The notes: a model not told the origin generated them from the letters alone. A DNA stretch of 64,000 bases from Polyangiaceae bacterium (GCA_044376115.1 JBILLK010000003.1:96001-160000); one strand, 5' to 3'; positions 19,118 through 28,725 are shown, counted from the first letter of the stretch. Program-made: numbers and translations.

Positions 19118-20632
19118 ATGTCCGGCGACCGATTGACACGAACGGAGCTTTCCTGGTTGCTGACCCAGGAGGCCAAATCCGCTGCAGAGAAGTTGCGCAA
19201 AGGCGTAGGGCTGACCAATCCGCCGCCAGCGCCCGCACCAGGTGGAGCGCAGACGGTCCCACCTCCTCACGAGCGAGTTGGTTCTTCCCCGCCCGTGGTG
19301 ATTCGGGACACCGTGCTCATGCCAACTCCGCTCCCCGGCGCAGTGACGGTGCCGGCCGTGATGTTTGGACATGAAGACACCGGCGTCGAGAGCGTGCTCA
19401 ATCGGCTCGATGAAACCATGAGTGTGTTGGCCACTCTCTACGGTGGGCACTCCCGTGGTCGTCGCGGAAAGATCGATGTCGCAGCGTTGCTCTGGGAAAT
19501 CGCTCCCGAGGCCCGCGTGTCGATCGAAATGGGAAAGAGCGGCCTCGTCGTATTCGGTGACGAGAATGAACTGCGTCGCATGTTGTACGTGCTGATGGCC
19601 ATCGGCGGAGACCCGGCGGCACAAGGTGCGGTTGAGGTCAGCGTCAAACGCGACGGCGACAACGTCCGCATCGCGGTCGAGCTCGGGCCCGAGAAAACGC
19701 GCGGGTTCGAGGCGGAAACACAATGGCTCTCACGCATGGCAACTCGCTACGGTGGTCAGTACCTGCTCGAGGGAAACCACAACACCCTCGAGCTGCCCGT
19801 GTCCGAAGAGCAGCGCGAGGTTGATGAGCTGCGGAAGGAACTCGCTGCAGCTCAGGCTCAAGGGGAGGCCTACGCACGTGAACTTGCAGCGGTGATGTCG
19901 TCGCGCAGCGAGCCGCCCCCGCCTGGGTCTCGTTCGAGCAGTGCACCAACGGCCGACGGTCTCTCGTCCTTGGTGGGCATGGCGCGCGCGCTGGTCACCG
20001 ACGTTCGAGGGATCCTTGCGGCCATTGGTCGGGAGATGGCGCCTCTACGTGAGCGTGGTCGCTGGGGTGATCACGATGCCGAGATTGGAGAAGTCGCGGC
20101 GAGCGTGAGTCGACATGTGACCGCAGCCAGTGAAGTCGTGAGTGACCTCGCGAGGCTGGCGGGCTGTCCGCTTTACGAGTTGCCCTCGAGCTGCAACCTC
20201 GCGGACATCATTCGGGACGTGGTGAAGTCTGAATATCTGCGCGCCACTCGTCACGGAGTTGGGATTCACCTGGAATTGCCTCCCGGCGGAGTGGACGAGG
20301 TTCTGCCCGCCGGCTCTGTGCACGTGCTCGTGCAGGAGCTGATGGATAGCGCTATCAGTGTCTCGCCCGCTGATTCCAAGGTTTCGATCGGGCTCACCCA
20401 AACGGCCGCCGGCGTGGTCATCACGATCGATGATTCTGGGCCGCCGCTCACTGCAAAAGCCAAGAATGGTGCGAGCGCTCGAGAGTTCGATGCGCTTGTG
20501 CAAGAGCGTGCGGCTGCCTTGCCGCTCATCGCCGGATTTGCCATCGCCTCTCACCTCCACGCCCCGCTTACACTTGAAGATTCTCCACGCGGCGGCACGA
20601 GGGTGCGCGTGCTATTTCCCCGCTCCGAATGA
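19118..20632 (+). CDS. Tandem degenerate histidine-kinase-fold protein (pseudo-histidine kinase)
   Basis: Two HisKA/HATPase-like modules (VFGDENELRRMLYVL...RMATRYGG...TLELP and VITIDDSGPP...EDSPRGGTRVRVLFP), without the H-box His, N-box Asn or G2 glycines. Confidence 0.75.
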   Translation: MSGDRLTRTELSWLLTQEAKSAAEKLRKGVGLTNPPPAPAPGGAQTVPPPHERVGSSPPVVIRDTVLMPTPLPGAVTVPAVMFGHEDTGVESVLNRLDETMSVLATLYGGHSRGRRGKIDVAALLWEIAPEARVSIEMGKSGLVVFGDENELRRMLYVLMAIGGDPAAQGAVEVSVKRDGDNVRIAVELGPEKTRGFEAETQWLSRMATRYGGQYLLEGNHNTLELPVSEEQREVDELRKELAAAQAQGEAYARELAAVMSSRSEPPPPGSRSSSAPTADGLSSLVGMARALVTDVRGILAAIGREMAPLRERGRWGDHDAEIGEVAASVSRHVTAASEVVSDLARLAGCPLYELPSSCNLADIIRDVVKSEYLRATRHGVGIHLELPPGGVDEVLPAGSVHVLVQELMDSAISVSPADSKVSIGLTQTAAGVVITIDDSGPPLTAKAKNGASAREFDALVQERAAALPLIAGFAIASHLHAPLTLEDSPRGGTRVRVLFPRSE

Positions 20633-22587
20633 GGTTTCCGAATCTTCGGCCTCGGCTCGACTTTCGACTGCCGAGCTGGCCCTATCTGTCAATCGCGGGC
20701 GCTTTTGTTGGGCTCGCGGACGTGATTGCTTCCAGCGTTACCACCACCTTCCCAAGCTTTTCTGGGAGGTTGCAGCACGCGCTTTTCGACATCGCCACGG
20801 CTGCTCTGCTCGGGCTCGTCGCCGACTTCCTGGTCGCTCTTTTGTCACGGCTGCCAAGGAAGTGGCACGCGTATCTCGGCGTGATCTTGTTCGGGACGCT
20901 GTTTCTGAACTGGGTGATGGAGCGCATCTTCGTGCGGCAAGCGGATGTCCCGTTGGAGGGCAAGGTCTCCTTGCTGCTGCGACTGGCCTTTGCTCTGGGC
21001 ACGGGACTTGGAACGGCGGTGCTGATGGTGGTCGGCACGAGCGTTGGGGCGGCTCGGCACCGCTGGGCGCCGCTCGCGGTGGTGCCGGCTTTTGTAGCGC
21101 TCTTCTTCAATTTTCGGCTCTATCGCGATGATTACGTGGAGGCTCACAGCCTTACCTCCTTCTACGTGCTCGTGCTGCTCGGCTCCTTCCTGAGCGGGAA
21201 GGTGTTGCGGGCTTATCCGGCACCGCGTCTTCGACCACGGCTCGTTTGGGCCAGCTTGATCTTGGTGTTGGGCTCGTGGCCACCGAGTAACTCGGTTCGG
21301 CAGCTGCTATTCAAATCACCCGGGTCGGTCGGAGCTTGGATAGCCGCCAATGTTTTCTGGACGCTTCCGCAAACGGGAGCACCGATTCATCCCGACGTGG
21401 ACCCGCGTTGGCTATCGGTGCGAGAGGGAACGCGCGCGCCCTCGGAAGCGCGACCGACGAAGGAACCTCCGGTGGTCGTGCTGCTCACCATCGATGCTAC
21501 GCGGCGAGACGCGATTCTCGGCGAAGGAAGGGCAGCGGAGCTGAAGAACTTCTCGAAGCTGATGAAGGAAGGGGCGGTCTTCACGCAGGCTCGCTCTCCC
21601 GGAAGTCAGACCGCGGTTTCGCTCTCCGCGCTCTTCACCGGGAAGTACTTTAGCGAGCTGCGTTGGGAGAAGTTCGGCAAGGGCCGAACGCGCTTCGACT
21701 ACCCCGCCACGGACGATACCGAGCGCTTCGTCGCGAAGCTTACCGACTTCGGGGTATCAACCTTCAAGGTCGTCAGCCTTACCTTCCTACGCAACGACTT
21801 CGGCGTCGCGCGCGGATTCGCCGAAGAGGAGATCGTCACCGAGGGAAGACGTCATGCGCGCGGCAAAGAGGTCGTCGATCCGCTGATTCGTCGCTTGCGC
21901 AACGCCGCACCGGATGAGCCGCTGTTCGTCTACGCGCACCTGACCGAGCCCCACGCGCCGTATGATCGCGGTAAGGTCAAGGCGGGCCTTCCGAAGAAGT
22001 GTTACCTCTCCGAGGTGAACCTGGCAGACGACTTTGTAGGTCAGGTGATGACGGTCCTTTCTTCTGGTGATCTCGCCCGCCGCAGTGTGCTCATCATCAG
22101 CGCCGATCATGGTGAAGCGTTCGGCGAACATGGCACCTACGAGCACACCAAGACGATCTACGAGGAGCAACTTCGAGTCCCGCTCTTCGTCTGGGGCGCT
22201 GGGATTCCTGCTCGCTGGATTGATGAGCCGGTAAGCCTTGTCGATCTAGGTCCCACGGTGCTTGACCTGTTCAAGGTCCCCACGCCTGACTTCATGGTCG
22301 GGGAGAGCCTGCTGCCGCTGCTGATCAACGGGGAAGCACGACTCACGCGGCCGCTGTTTGCCGAAGGCCGGTTGCGGCGCGCCATCTTCATAGGCGATCT
22401 GAAGGTGATCGTGGATGAGCGACGCAAGACGGTTGAAGCCTACGACTTGGCGAAGGACCCGGATGAGTTGGTCAACATCTTCGACTCTGAGTCGGAGCGT
22501 GTGCAGACCGCGCTGGCAACCTTGAACCTCTACTTCGAGAACCGTATGGAACGTCGAGACGGTTACACCCCGATCTATAAGCCGTAA
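20629..22587 (+). CDS. Multi-TM sulfatase-like hydrolase/transferase
   Basis: N-terminal TMs; VVLLTIDATRRD, HLTEPHAPY, SADHGEAFGEH, HTKTIYEEQLRVPL, DLGPTVLDL, YDLAKDPDE. ATGA overlap with the upstream gene. Confidence 0.88.
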   Translation: MRFPNLRPRLDFRLPSWPYLSIAGAFVGLADVIASSVTTTFPSFSGRLQHALFDIATAALLGLVADFLVALLSRLPRKWHAYLGVILFGTLFLNWVMERIFVRQADVPLEGKVSLLLRLAFALGTGLGTAVLMVVGTSVGAARHRWAPLAVVPAFVALFFNFRLYRDDYVEAHSLTSFYVLVLLGSFLSGKVLRAYPAPRLRPRLVWASLILVLGSWPPSNSVRQLLFKSPGSVGAWIAANVFWTLPQTGAPIHPDVDPRWLSVREGTRAPSEARPTKEPPVVVLLTIDATRRDAILGEGRAAELKNFSKLMKEGAVFTQARSPGSQTAVSLSALFTGKYFSELRWEKFGKGRTRFDYPATDDTERFVAKLTDFGVSTFKVVSLTFLRNDFGVARGFAEEEIVTEGRRHARGKEVVDPLIRRLRNAAPDEPLFVYAHLTEPHAPYDRGKVKAGLPKKCYLSEVNLADDFVGQVMTVLSSGDLARRSVLIISADHGEAFGEHGTYEHTKTIYEEQLRVPLFVWGAGIPARWIDEPVSLVDLGPTVLDLFKVPTPDFMVGESLLPLLINGEARLTRPLFAEGRLRRAIFIGDLKVIVDERRKTVEAYDLAKDPDELVNIFDSESERVQTALATLNLYFENRMERRDGYTPIYKP

Positions 22588-22590
22588 CGC

Positions 22591-23139
22591 ATGGGGATTC
22601 GCATCATCGCCGGAGAGTTTGGTGGGAGACGCCTCGAGGCACCTCCTGGCCGTGAGACCAGGCCCACCTCGGATCGCGTTCGCGAAGCGCTCTTCTCCAT
22701 CCTCGGCTCGATGGACGAGTTGGTCGTGCTGGACGTGTACGCCGGCTCGGGGGCGCTAGGCCTCGAGGCGCTTTCGCGCGGTGCCACGCGAGCCACCTTC
22801 ATCGACCAAAGCCGTCTGGCGATCGCAACGTTGCGCAAGAACATCGCGACGCTCGAGCTCGGGGACCGCTGCGAGGTGGTTCAGGACTCGGCCGTGCGCG
22901 CGCTCAACCGCTCGATGGCCCCGGTGGATCTCGTCTTCGCCGATCCGCCATACGCTGATCTTGCGCGTGCAGCGCCGCTCTTGGAGCAACTGGCGAAACG
23001 CAGCGCTCTCGCGAAAGGCGCGCGCATCGTGGTCGAACATCGCTCGACCGATAGGCCCGAACTGCCGTCGTTTGAGCTCGCGCCGACTCGCATCTACGGC
23101 GATACCGCGTTGACGCTGGGCCAGCTGCGGGGGGCCTGA
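22591..23139 (+). CDS. rsmD: 16S rRNA (guanine(966)-N2)-methyltransferase
   Basis: IRIIAGEFGGRRL, TRPTSDRVREALFSIL, DVYAGSGALGLEALSRGA, DPPY, YGDT. Confidence 0.95.
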   Translation: MGIRIIAGEFGGRRLEAPPGRETRPTSDRVREALFSILGSMDELVVLDVYAGSGALGLEALSRGATRATFIDQSRLAIATLRKNIATLELGDRCEVVQDSAVRALNRSMAPVDLVFADPPYADLARAAPLLEQLAKRSALAKGARIVVEHRSTDRPELPSFELAPTRIYGDTALTLGQLRGA

Positions 23140-23203
23140 TGCTCGCCCTTGGCGTGCAATCACTTCGCAGCGCTGGCTGACCCGTGTTAACGCCCGCCCA
23201 GCC

Positions 23204-24823
23204 ATGATTCGCCTGGATGAAGTCTCGAAACAGCACGGTCAGCAGATCCTCTTCATGGACGCTGGCATGACGGTCTTTCGCGGGGAGAAGGTTGGTTTGG
23301 TCGGACCGAACGGTTCCGGCAAGTCCACCATCTTTCGCATGATCGTACGTGAAGAGGCCCCTGACGGCGGTCAGGTCATGATCGATAAGAACACCACCAT
23401 CGGCTACTTCAGCCAGGACGTGGGGGAGATGAAGGGACGCTCGGTATTGGCCGAGACCATGGCGGGCGCTGGCGAGGTCTCCGGCGCAATGGCCAAGTTG
23501 CAAGAACTCGAAGCGGCGATGGCAGATCCGGAGCGTTTGGACGAGATCGACAAGCTCGTCGAGCAGTTTGGTGAGGCCCAATCACGCTTTGAGGAGCTGG
23601 GCGGTTACGCCCTCGAGGCGCGCGCCCGCGAGATTTTGGCCGGCCTCGGGTTTCGACCAGAGGTGGTCGAAAAGGACGTTGGAGAGCTTTCGGGAGGCTG
23701 GAAGATGCGCGTCGCGCTGGCCCGCATCCTGTTGATGCAACCCGACGCCTTGCTGCTCGACGAGCCCACCAACCATCTCGACATCGAGTCGATCATTTGG
23801 CTCGAACGTTTTCTGCGCGGTTATGAAGGTGGCTTGCTGATGACCTCGCACGATCGCGAGTTCCTCAATCGCTTGGTCACCAAGATTGTCGAGATCGATG
23901 GCGGTGAGCTGACGACCTTCTCCGGCAACTACGACTTCTATGAGCGCCAACGGGCCGTGCTCGCAGAGCAGGCGGAGGCGCAGTTCGCGCGCCAACAGGC
24001 GATGCTGGCGAAGGAGCAGGCCTTCATCGCTCGCTTCAAGGCCCGAGCGAGCCACGCTGCGCAGGTTCAATCGCGCGTGAAGAAGCTCGAGAAGATCGAG
24101 AAGGTAGAACCGCCGCGCAGGCGCCGAGTGATCGAGTTCGACTTCAAGGCGCCGGATCGATCGGGGGAAGACGTGGCCAAGCTCGAGGGCGTGCGAAAGG
24201 CGTACGGGTCGAAGGTCATTTACGACAAGCTCGACCTCCTGATTCGACGTCGTGAGCGTTGGTGCATCATGGGCATCAACGGAGCGGGCAAGAGCACCTT
24301 GCTCAAGCTCATCACCTCCCACACCGCGCCGGACGCTGGGGCCGTGTCGGTCGGAGCCAGCGTCAAGATGGGCTACTTCGCCCAGCATTCAATGGACTTG
24401 CTCGACGGTGAGCGGACCGTGATCGAGAGCCTCCAGGCTTCCTTCCCGTTCGCAACGCTCGGCACCTTGCGTAATCTCGCCGGCGCCTTCGGCTTCTCTG
24501 GAGACGATGTCGAGAAGACCTGCCGCATTCTTTCGGGTGGGGAGAAGGCGCGCCTCGTGCTCGCTCAAATGCTGTACGACCCGCCGAACTTCCTCGTGCT
24601 CGACGAGCCCACCAACCATCTCGACATGACCACCAAAGAGACGTTGATGAAGGCCCTCTCGGACTTCGAAGGGACCATGCTTTTCGTTTCCCACGATCGC
24701 AACTTCCTCGGTGCGCTCTCCAACCGAGTGCTCGAGGTTTCGAGCGAAGGGATTCGGAGTTACGGCGGCGGATACAAGGAGTACGTCGCTGCTACGGGCC
24801 GCGAAGCGCCTGGCGTCGGCTGA
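23204..24823 (+). CDS. ABC-F family ribosome-associated ATPase
   Basis: Two ABC domains (GPNGSGKST / LSGGWKMR / LLDEPTNHLD and GINGAGKST / LSGGEKAR / VLDEPTNHLD) with an inter-domain linker; no TMs. Confidence 0.93.
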   Translation: MIRLDEVSKQHGQQILFMDAGMTVFRGEKVGLVGPNGSGKSTIFRMIVREEAPDGGQVMIDKNTTIGYFSQDVGEMKGRSVLAETMAGAGEVSGAMAKLQELEAAMADPERLDEIDKLVEQFGEAQSRFEELGGYALEARAREILAGLGFRPEVVEKDVGELSGGWKMRVALARILLMQPDALLLDEPTNHLDIESIIWLERFLRGYEGGLLMTSHDREFLNRLVTKIVEIDGGELTTFSGNYDFYERQRAVLAEQAEAQFARQQAMLAKEQAFIARFKARASHAAQVQSRVKKLEKIEKVEPPRRRRVIEFDFKAPDRSGEDVAKLEGVRKAYGSKVIYDKLDLLIRRRERWCIMGINGAGKSTLLKLITSHTAPDAGAVSVGASVKMGYFAQHSMDLLDGERTVIESLQASFPFATLGTLRNLAGAFGFSGDDVEKTCRILSGGEKARLVLAQMLYDPPNFLVLDEPTNHLDMTTKETLMKALSDFEGTMLFVSHDRNFLGALSNRVLEVSSEGIRSYGGGYKEYVAATGREAPGVG

Positions 24824-24875
24824 CCGCTACACCTTTCGTCCCAAAGCCAGTGCGACCCGTGGCAGAATCCGCCGC

Positions 24876-26195
24876 ATGGAATCGCAGGAAATGATCGACC
24901 TGTGCATGAAGCACAGCCTCTTCTCGTGGTCGGCTAGTGGCAAAGTGGACCCCCTCCCGATCGCGCGCGCGGAGGGCATTTACCTCTATTCACCCGAAGG
25001 AAAACGCTGGATTGACTTCAATAGTCAATTGATGAGCGTCAACATCGGGCACGGCCACCCGAAGGTGATCGAGGCGATCAAGAAGCAGGCGGACACGCTG
25101 ATCTACGCCTACCCGGGGATGGTTACCGAGGTGCGGGCGCGCCTGTCAAAGAAGCTCGCCGACATCGTTCCCGGCCACCTCAATACGTTTTTCTACACAC
25201 TCGGCGGCGCCGAGGCGAACGAGAACGCGATCAAGGCAGCTCGCCTCTTCACTGGGCGTCACAAGATCATCGCTCGCTATCGCAGCTACCACGGCGCAAC
25301 GCATGGCGTGATGTCGCTAACGGGTGATCCGCGTCGCTGGCCCAATGAGCCTGGAATGGCGGGCATCGTTCGCGTGATGGACCCGCGCCCGTACGACTAC
25401 TCCTTCGGCACCAGCGACAGTGAGATCGTCGCCAACAACCTCCGCTACCTCGAAGAGATCATCCAATATGAAGGTCCGCACACCATTGCGGCGATGTTCA
25501 TCGAGACCGTTACCGGCACCAACGGCATCCTGCCTCCGCCAGAGGGCTATCTGAAGGGCTTGAAGGCTCTGCTCGAGAAGTACGGCATCCTCCTCGTGTG
25601 CGATGAAGTGATGTGCGGCTTCGGACGCACTGGAAAGTTGTTCGCCTTTGAGCACGGTGGAATCGTGCCCGATATCCTGACGATGGCGAAGGGCTTGACC
25701 AGCTCGTACATGCCGCTCGGAGTCATGGCGCTCTCTGACAAGATCGCCGATCACTTCCGAGAGAACGTGTTCTGGGGCGGCCTTACGTACAACGCCCACC
25801 CGATGTGTTTGGCGGCTGCGCTCGCTGCCGTGGACGTGCTGCTCGACGAGGGTATGGTCGAGAACTCAGCCAAGATGGGCGTGCTGATGAACGAACATAT
25901 GCAACGCCTCGCGGCCAAACATCCGTCAGTGCGCGAGCATCGCAATATCGGCCTGTTTGGTCTGATCGAGCTACGCAAGAACTCCAAGAACGAGCGCTTG
26001 GTGCCCTACGCCGGTTCGCACCCGGTGATGGCCAAGCTCGGCAAGTACTTCAAGGAGAATGGCCTCTTCACCGTTCTTCAATGGAGCACCGTTATGTGCA
26101 ATCCCCCGCTCTCTATCAACGAGCAGCAGATGGAAGAGGCCTTCACTATCATCGACGGTGGCCTTTCCCTGATCGACGAAGTGTACGAGGGCTGA
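24876..26195 (+). CDS. Class III PLP-dependent (omega-amino acid) aminotransferase
   Basis: RAEGIYLY...GKRWIDFNSQL, NIGHGHP, GGAEANENAIK, SYHGAT, DEVMCGFGRTG, PLP lysine in PDILTMAKGLT, GLTYNAHP. Confidence 0.93.
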   Translation: MESQEMIDLCMKHSLFSWSASGKVDPLPIARAEGIYLYSPEGKRWIDFNSQLMSVNIGHGHPKVIEAIKKQADTLIYAYPGMVTEVRARLSKKLADIVPGHLNTFFYTLGGAEANENAIKAARLFTGRHKIIARYRSYHGATHGVMSLTGDPRRWPNEPGMAGIVRVMDPRPYDYSFGTSDSEIVANNLRYLEEIIQYEGPHTIAAMFIETVTGTNGILPPPEGYLKGLKALLEKYGILLVCDEVMCGFGRTGKLFAFEHGGIVPDILTMAKGLTSSYMPLGVMALSDKIADHFRENVFWGGLTYNAHPMCLAAALAAVDVLLDEGMVENSAKMGVLMNEHMQRLAAKHPSVREHRNIGLFGLIELRKNSKNERLVPYAGSHPVMAKLGKYFKENGLFTVLQWSTVMCNPPLSINEQQMEEAFTIIDGGLSLIDEVYEG

Positions 26196-26199
26196 GCCG

Positions 26200-27321
26200 A
26201 TGACCGACAAGCGGCTGATTCAGTGTGAATGGCACAAGGCTTCGACAGGGCCGCTCGAGACGGCGCGAATCTTCGATGGCCTCACCCAACCGGAAGGCTT
26301 CGTTGTCGAGCGTTCGCGCAGCGAAGTCGCAGTGAAGTTGCCGCGAGACGGTCGGGCTGAGGTGCTGAGCGTGTTGCGCGGGGCAGCCAAGCTGGATGAC
26401 CCGGAATACGGCGTGCTGCGAATCAAGCCAGGCGTTCATCTCTACCTCCCGCGAGGGCGAGAGGTGGACTTGGAGCTTGCTGCAGGCACGGAGGTCGTCC
26501 GCGTTCTCGAGTGCGCCGAGGGCAAGAGCTCGGCTCGAGGAACGGAGTTGCTCGTGCGCAATGAGCGCTACTTGTCGGCCTGTGCAACAGACAGCCAAAT
26601 GCTTCGTTGGATCTTCACGCCGCAGTACGTCAGCAGGCGCATTTTCCTTCATCACGACCAAGCCCTCGTCTCCAAAAACGGGGACCCAGTCTCGTGGTTT
26701 CACACGACCATGTTCGACGTTGGTGGCCTACCTATGAATGAGGAAGGCGAGCCGGTGTTCAAGATGTCGTACAACTCACGCACGGAATTCAACGTCCTCT
26801 ACGACGTCGCAGGGGACGTGCGCGTGCGCTTCGCCGAGCACCCCTATGCTGAGAAGGGTCAACTTTGGCGCGGTTGGCGCACGCTTGATTCAGAGAGCAC
26901 CTACCACCTCAATGAACCACGAGAGGTTCAGCCCCTGCGCAACAAACACGAGGTTGTGGCCCACAACGGGCATGCCTCGCTCTTCTGCGTGTTCGACCCA
27001 GCACCCACGGGGATCGAGAAGCATCAGCCCGGCAGCTACAGCGACTACGAGGCATTCGATGTCGTCTCCAAGCGTCCTGACTACGCAGCCCAACAAGCCG
27101 TCATAGCCGCGTTTGACGACATGGTGCAGAGGCTCTCCATTGCCGAGGCGCAAGGCGTGCTCGAGCAACAGCTCCGAACCAACGTTGAGGTCCAGCGCGC
27201 CCATGCGCTCTTCGAGCAAGGCCTAAAGGCACAGCTGGCGCTCGAGGCGAGTTTACTCGAAGCCCTGAAGGACGATCCCAAGCGGCAGGCCATCCTGCAA
27301 CCTTGGCGCGTCAAAGCCTAA
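26200..27321 (+). CDS. Cupin-cupin-helical protein containing an ectoine synthase (EctC)-like domain
   Basis: Residues ~117-280 carry EctC-like motifs in order: LLVRN, YVSRRIFL, FHTT, YNSRTE, TYHLN, NKH, CVFDPAPTGIEKH. CDS is secure (4 bp after the aminotransferase); the domain call is by eye. Confidence 0.72.
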   Translation: MTDKRLIQCEWHKASTGPLETARIFDGLTQPEGFVVERSRSEVAVKLPRDGRAEVLSVLRGAAKLDDPEYGVLRIKPGVHLYLPRGREVDLELAAGTEVVRVLECAEGKSSARGTELLVRNERYLSACATDSQMLRWIFTPQYVSRRIFLHHDQALVSKNGDPVSWFHTTMFDVGGLPMNEEGEPVFKMSYNSRTEFNVLYDVAGDVRVRFAEHPYAEKGQLWRGWRTLDSESTYHLNEPREVQPLRNKHEVVAHNGHASLFCVFDPAPTGIEKHQPGSYSDYEAFDVVSKRPDYAAQQAVIAAFDDMVQRLSIAEAQGVLEQQLRTNVEVQRAHALFEQGLKAQLALEASLLEALKDDPKRQAILQPWRVKA

Positions 27322-27334
27322 ATCTGCTGAAGGC

Positions 27335-27347
27335 GAATGAGTCATTC
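27335..27347. promoter_or_regulatory. Perfect palindrome GAATGA-G-TCATTC upstream of the helicase gene (candidate operator)
   Basis: Seen directly in the 27322-27404 intergenic region. Confidence 0.3.
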
Positions 27348-27404
27348 TCCGCGCTCGCTCGGTCGCGTCCAACATTGACGATGACCGGGTGAGCCATCCC
27401 GCGT

Positions 27405-28724
27405 ATGAGCGACGCGATGATCGCTTCCACCAGCTCCTTCGCCGCGCTCGGGCTCTCTGCGGCAATTCTTCGCGCGATTGACGATGAAGATTATGACGCG
27501 CCCACTCCGGTCCAAGAGCAGGTGGTGCCGAAGGCCATCTCGGGCCGGGACATCTTAGCGGCTGCGCAAACAGGTACTGGCAAGACCGCGGCCTTCGTTC
27601 TGCCGATTCTGCAGCATCTTTCGGAGTCTCCGAACGATCCACGCGGAGCTCGTGATATCCGCGCGCTGATTCTCACTCCCACGCGTGAGTTGGCCGCGCA
27701 GATCGGAGAACGCATCAGCGCCTACGGGAAGTACCTCAAGGTTGGTCATACCGTCGTCTATGGCGGCGTAGGGCAGCGACCGCAGGAAGAAGCTTTACGC
27801 CGTCGCCCAGACATCCTCGTCGCAACACCCGGCCGTTTGCTCGATCTCATGGGTCAGGGCTTCGTGAAGCTGCGTGGCATCACACACTTCGTCTTGGACG
27901 AGGCCGACCGCATGCTCGACATGGGCTTCATTCACGACGTGCGCAAGGTGATCGCCGTACTACCGAAGGAGCGGCAAACGCTGCTCTTTTCCGCAACGAT
28001 TCCCGCCGATATCGAGCGCCTTGCTGGCTCGCTATTGGAGGAGCCCGTGCGCGTCGCCATTACGCCCAAGATCACGACCGCCGAGGGCGTCGATCAGGCG
28101 GTGATCTTCTCGGAGACGGCCGAGAAACGAGTCTTGCTCGAGCGGATTCTCCGTCGGCCCGACGTAAAGCGGACGATCGTGTTCACGCGCACGAAGCATG
28201 GCGCCAATCGCCTCACGCGCGATCTGGAGCGAGCTGGCATCGCCTCTTTGGCCATCCACGGTAACAAGTCGCAAAACGCTCGCGATCGGGCGCTCTCAAG
28301 CTTCAAGACCGGTGAAATCCCGGTGTTGGTCGCCACCGATGTTGCTGCGCGCGGCATCGATGTGGACGACGTCTCTCACGTCGTGAACTTCGACGTACCG
28401 AACATCCCCGAGAGCTACGTCCATCGCATCGGTCGCACCGGCCGTGCTGGCGCGGTTGGCCAAGCCATTTCGCTTTGCGCGGCGGAAGAGCGTCCGTTCC
28501 TCGCTGACATCGAGAAGCTGATCAAGAAGACGATCCCTTCGATCGACGTTGACGGCAACCTACTGGAGCGGCCGCAAGCCCGCGCGGTCGCGGCTGCGCC
28601 ACCCCCGGGCCGCGGCGGTGGCGGCAGACCCGGTGGAGGAGGCGGTGGCGGAGGCCGGTCTGGAGGAGGCGGCGGCGGCAGTCGGCCAAGCGGTGGCGGC
28701 GGTCGCCGTCCACGGTACCGCTGA
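27405..28724 (+). CDS. rhlE: DEAD-box RNA helicase, RhlE-like, with Gly/Arg-rich tail
   Basis: Q motif [64 protein letters not shown]. Confidence 0.9.
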   Translation: MSDAMIASTSSFAALGLSAAILRAIDDEDYDAPTPVQEQVVPKAISGRDILAAAQTGTGKTAAFVLPILQHLSESPNDPRGARDIRALILTPTRELAAQIGERISAYGKYLKVGHTVVYGGVGQRPQEEALRRRPDILVATPGRLLDLMGQGFVKLRGITHFVLDEADRMLDMGFIHDVRKVIAVLPKERQTLLFSATIPADIERLAGSLLEEPVRVAITPKITTAEGVDQAVIFSETAEKRVLLERILRRPDVKRTIVFTRTKHGANRLTRDLERAGIASLAIHGNKSQNARDRALSSFKTGEIPVLVATDVAARGIDVDDVSHVVNFDVPNIPESYVHRIGRTGRAGAVGQAISLCAAEERPFLADIEKLIKKTIPSIDVDGNLLERPQARAVAAAPPPGRGGGGRPGGGGGGGGRSGGGGGGSRPSGGGGRRPRYR

Positions 28725-28725
28725 G

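Noticed and set aside
24876..27321. Canonical ectABC ectoine operon
   Set aside because: No ectA, ectD or ask adjacent. The aminotransferase is not EctB-like and the EctC-like protein is about three times normal length, so no ect gene symbols were assigned.
28608..28724. GGC-rich repeat as a contingency locus
   Set aside because: It encodes the ordinary Gly/Arg-rich tail of DEAD-box helicases.
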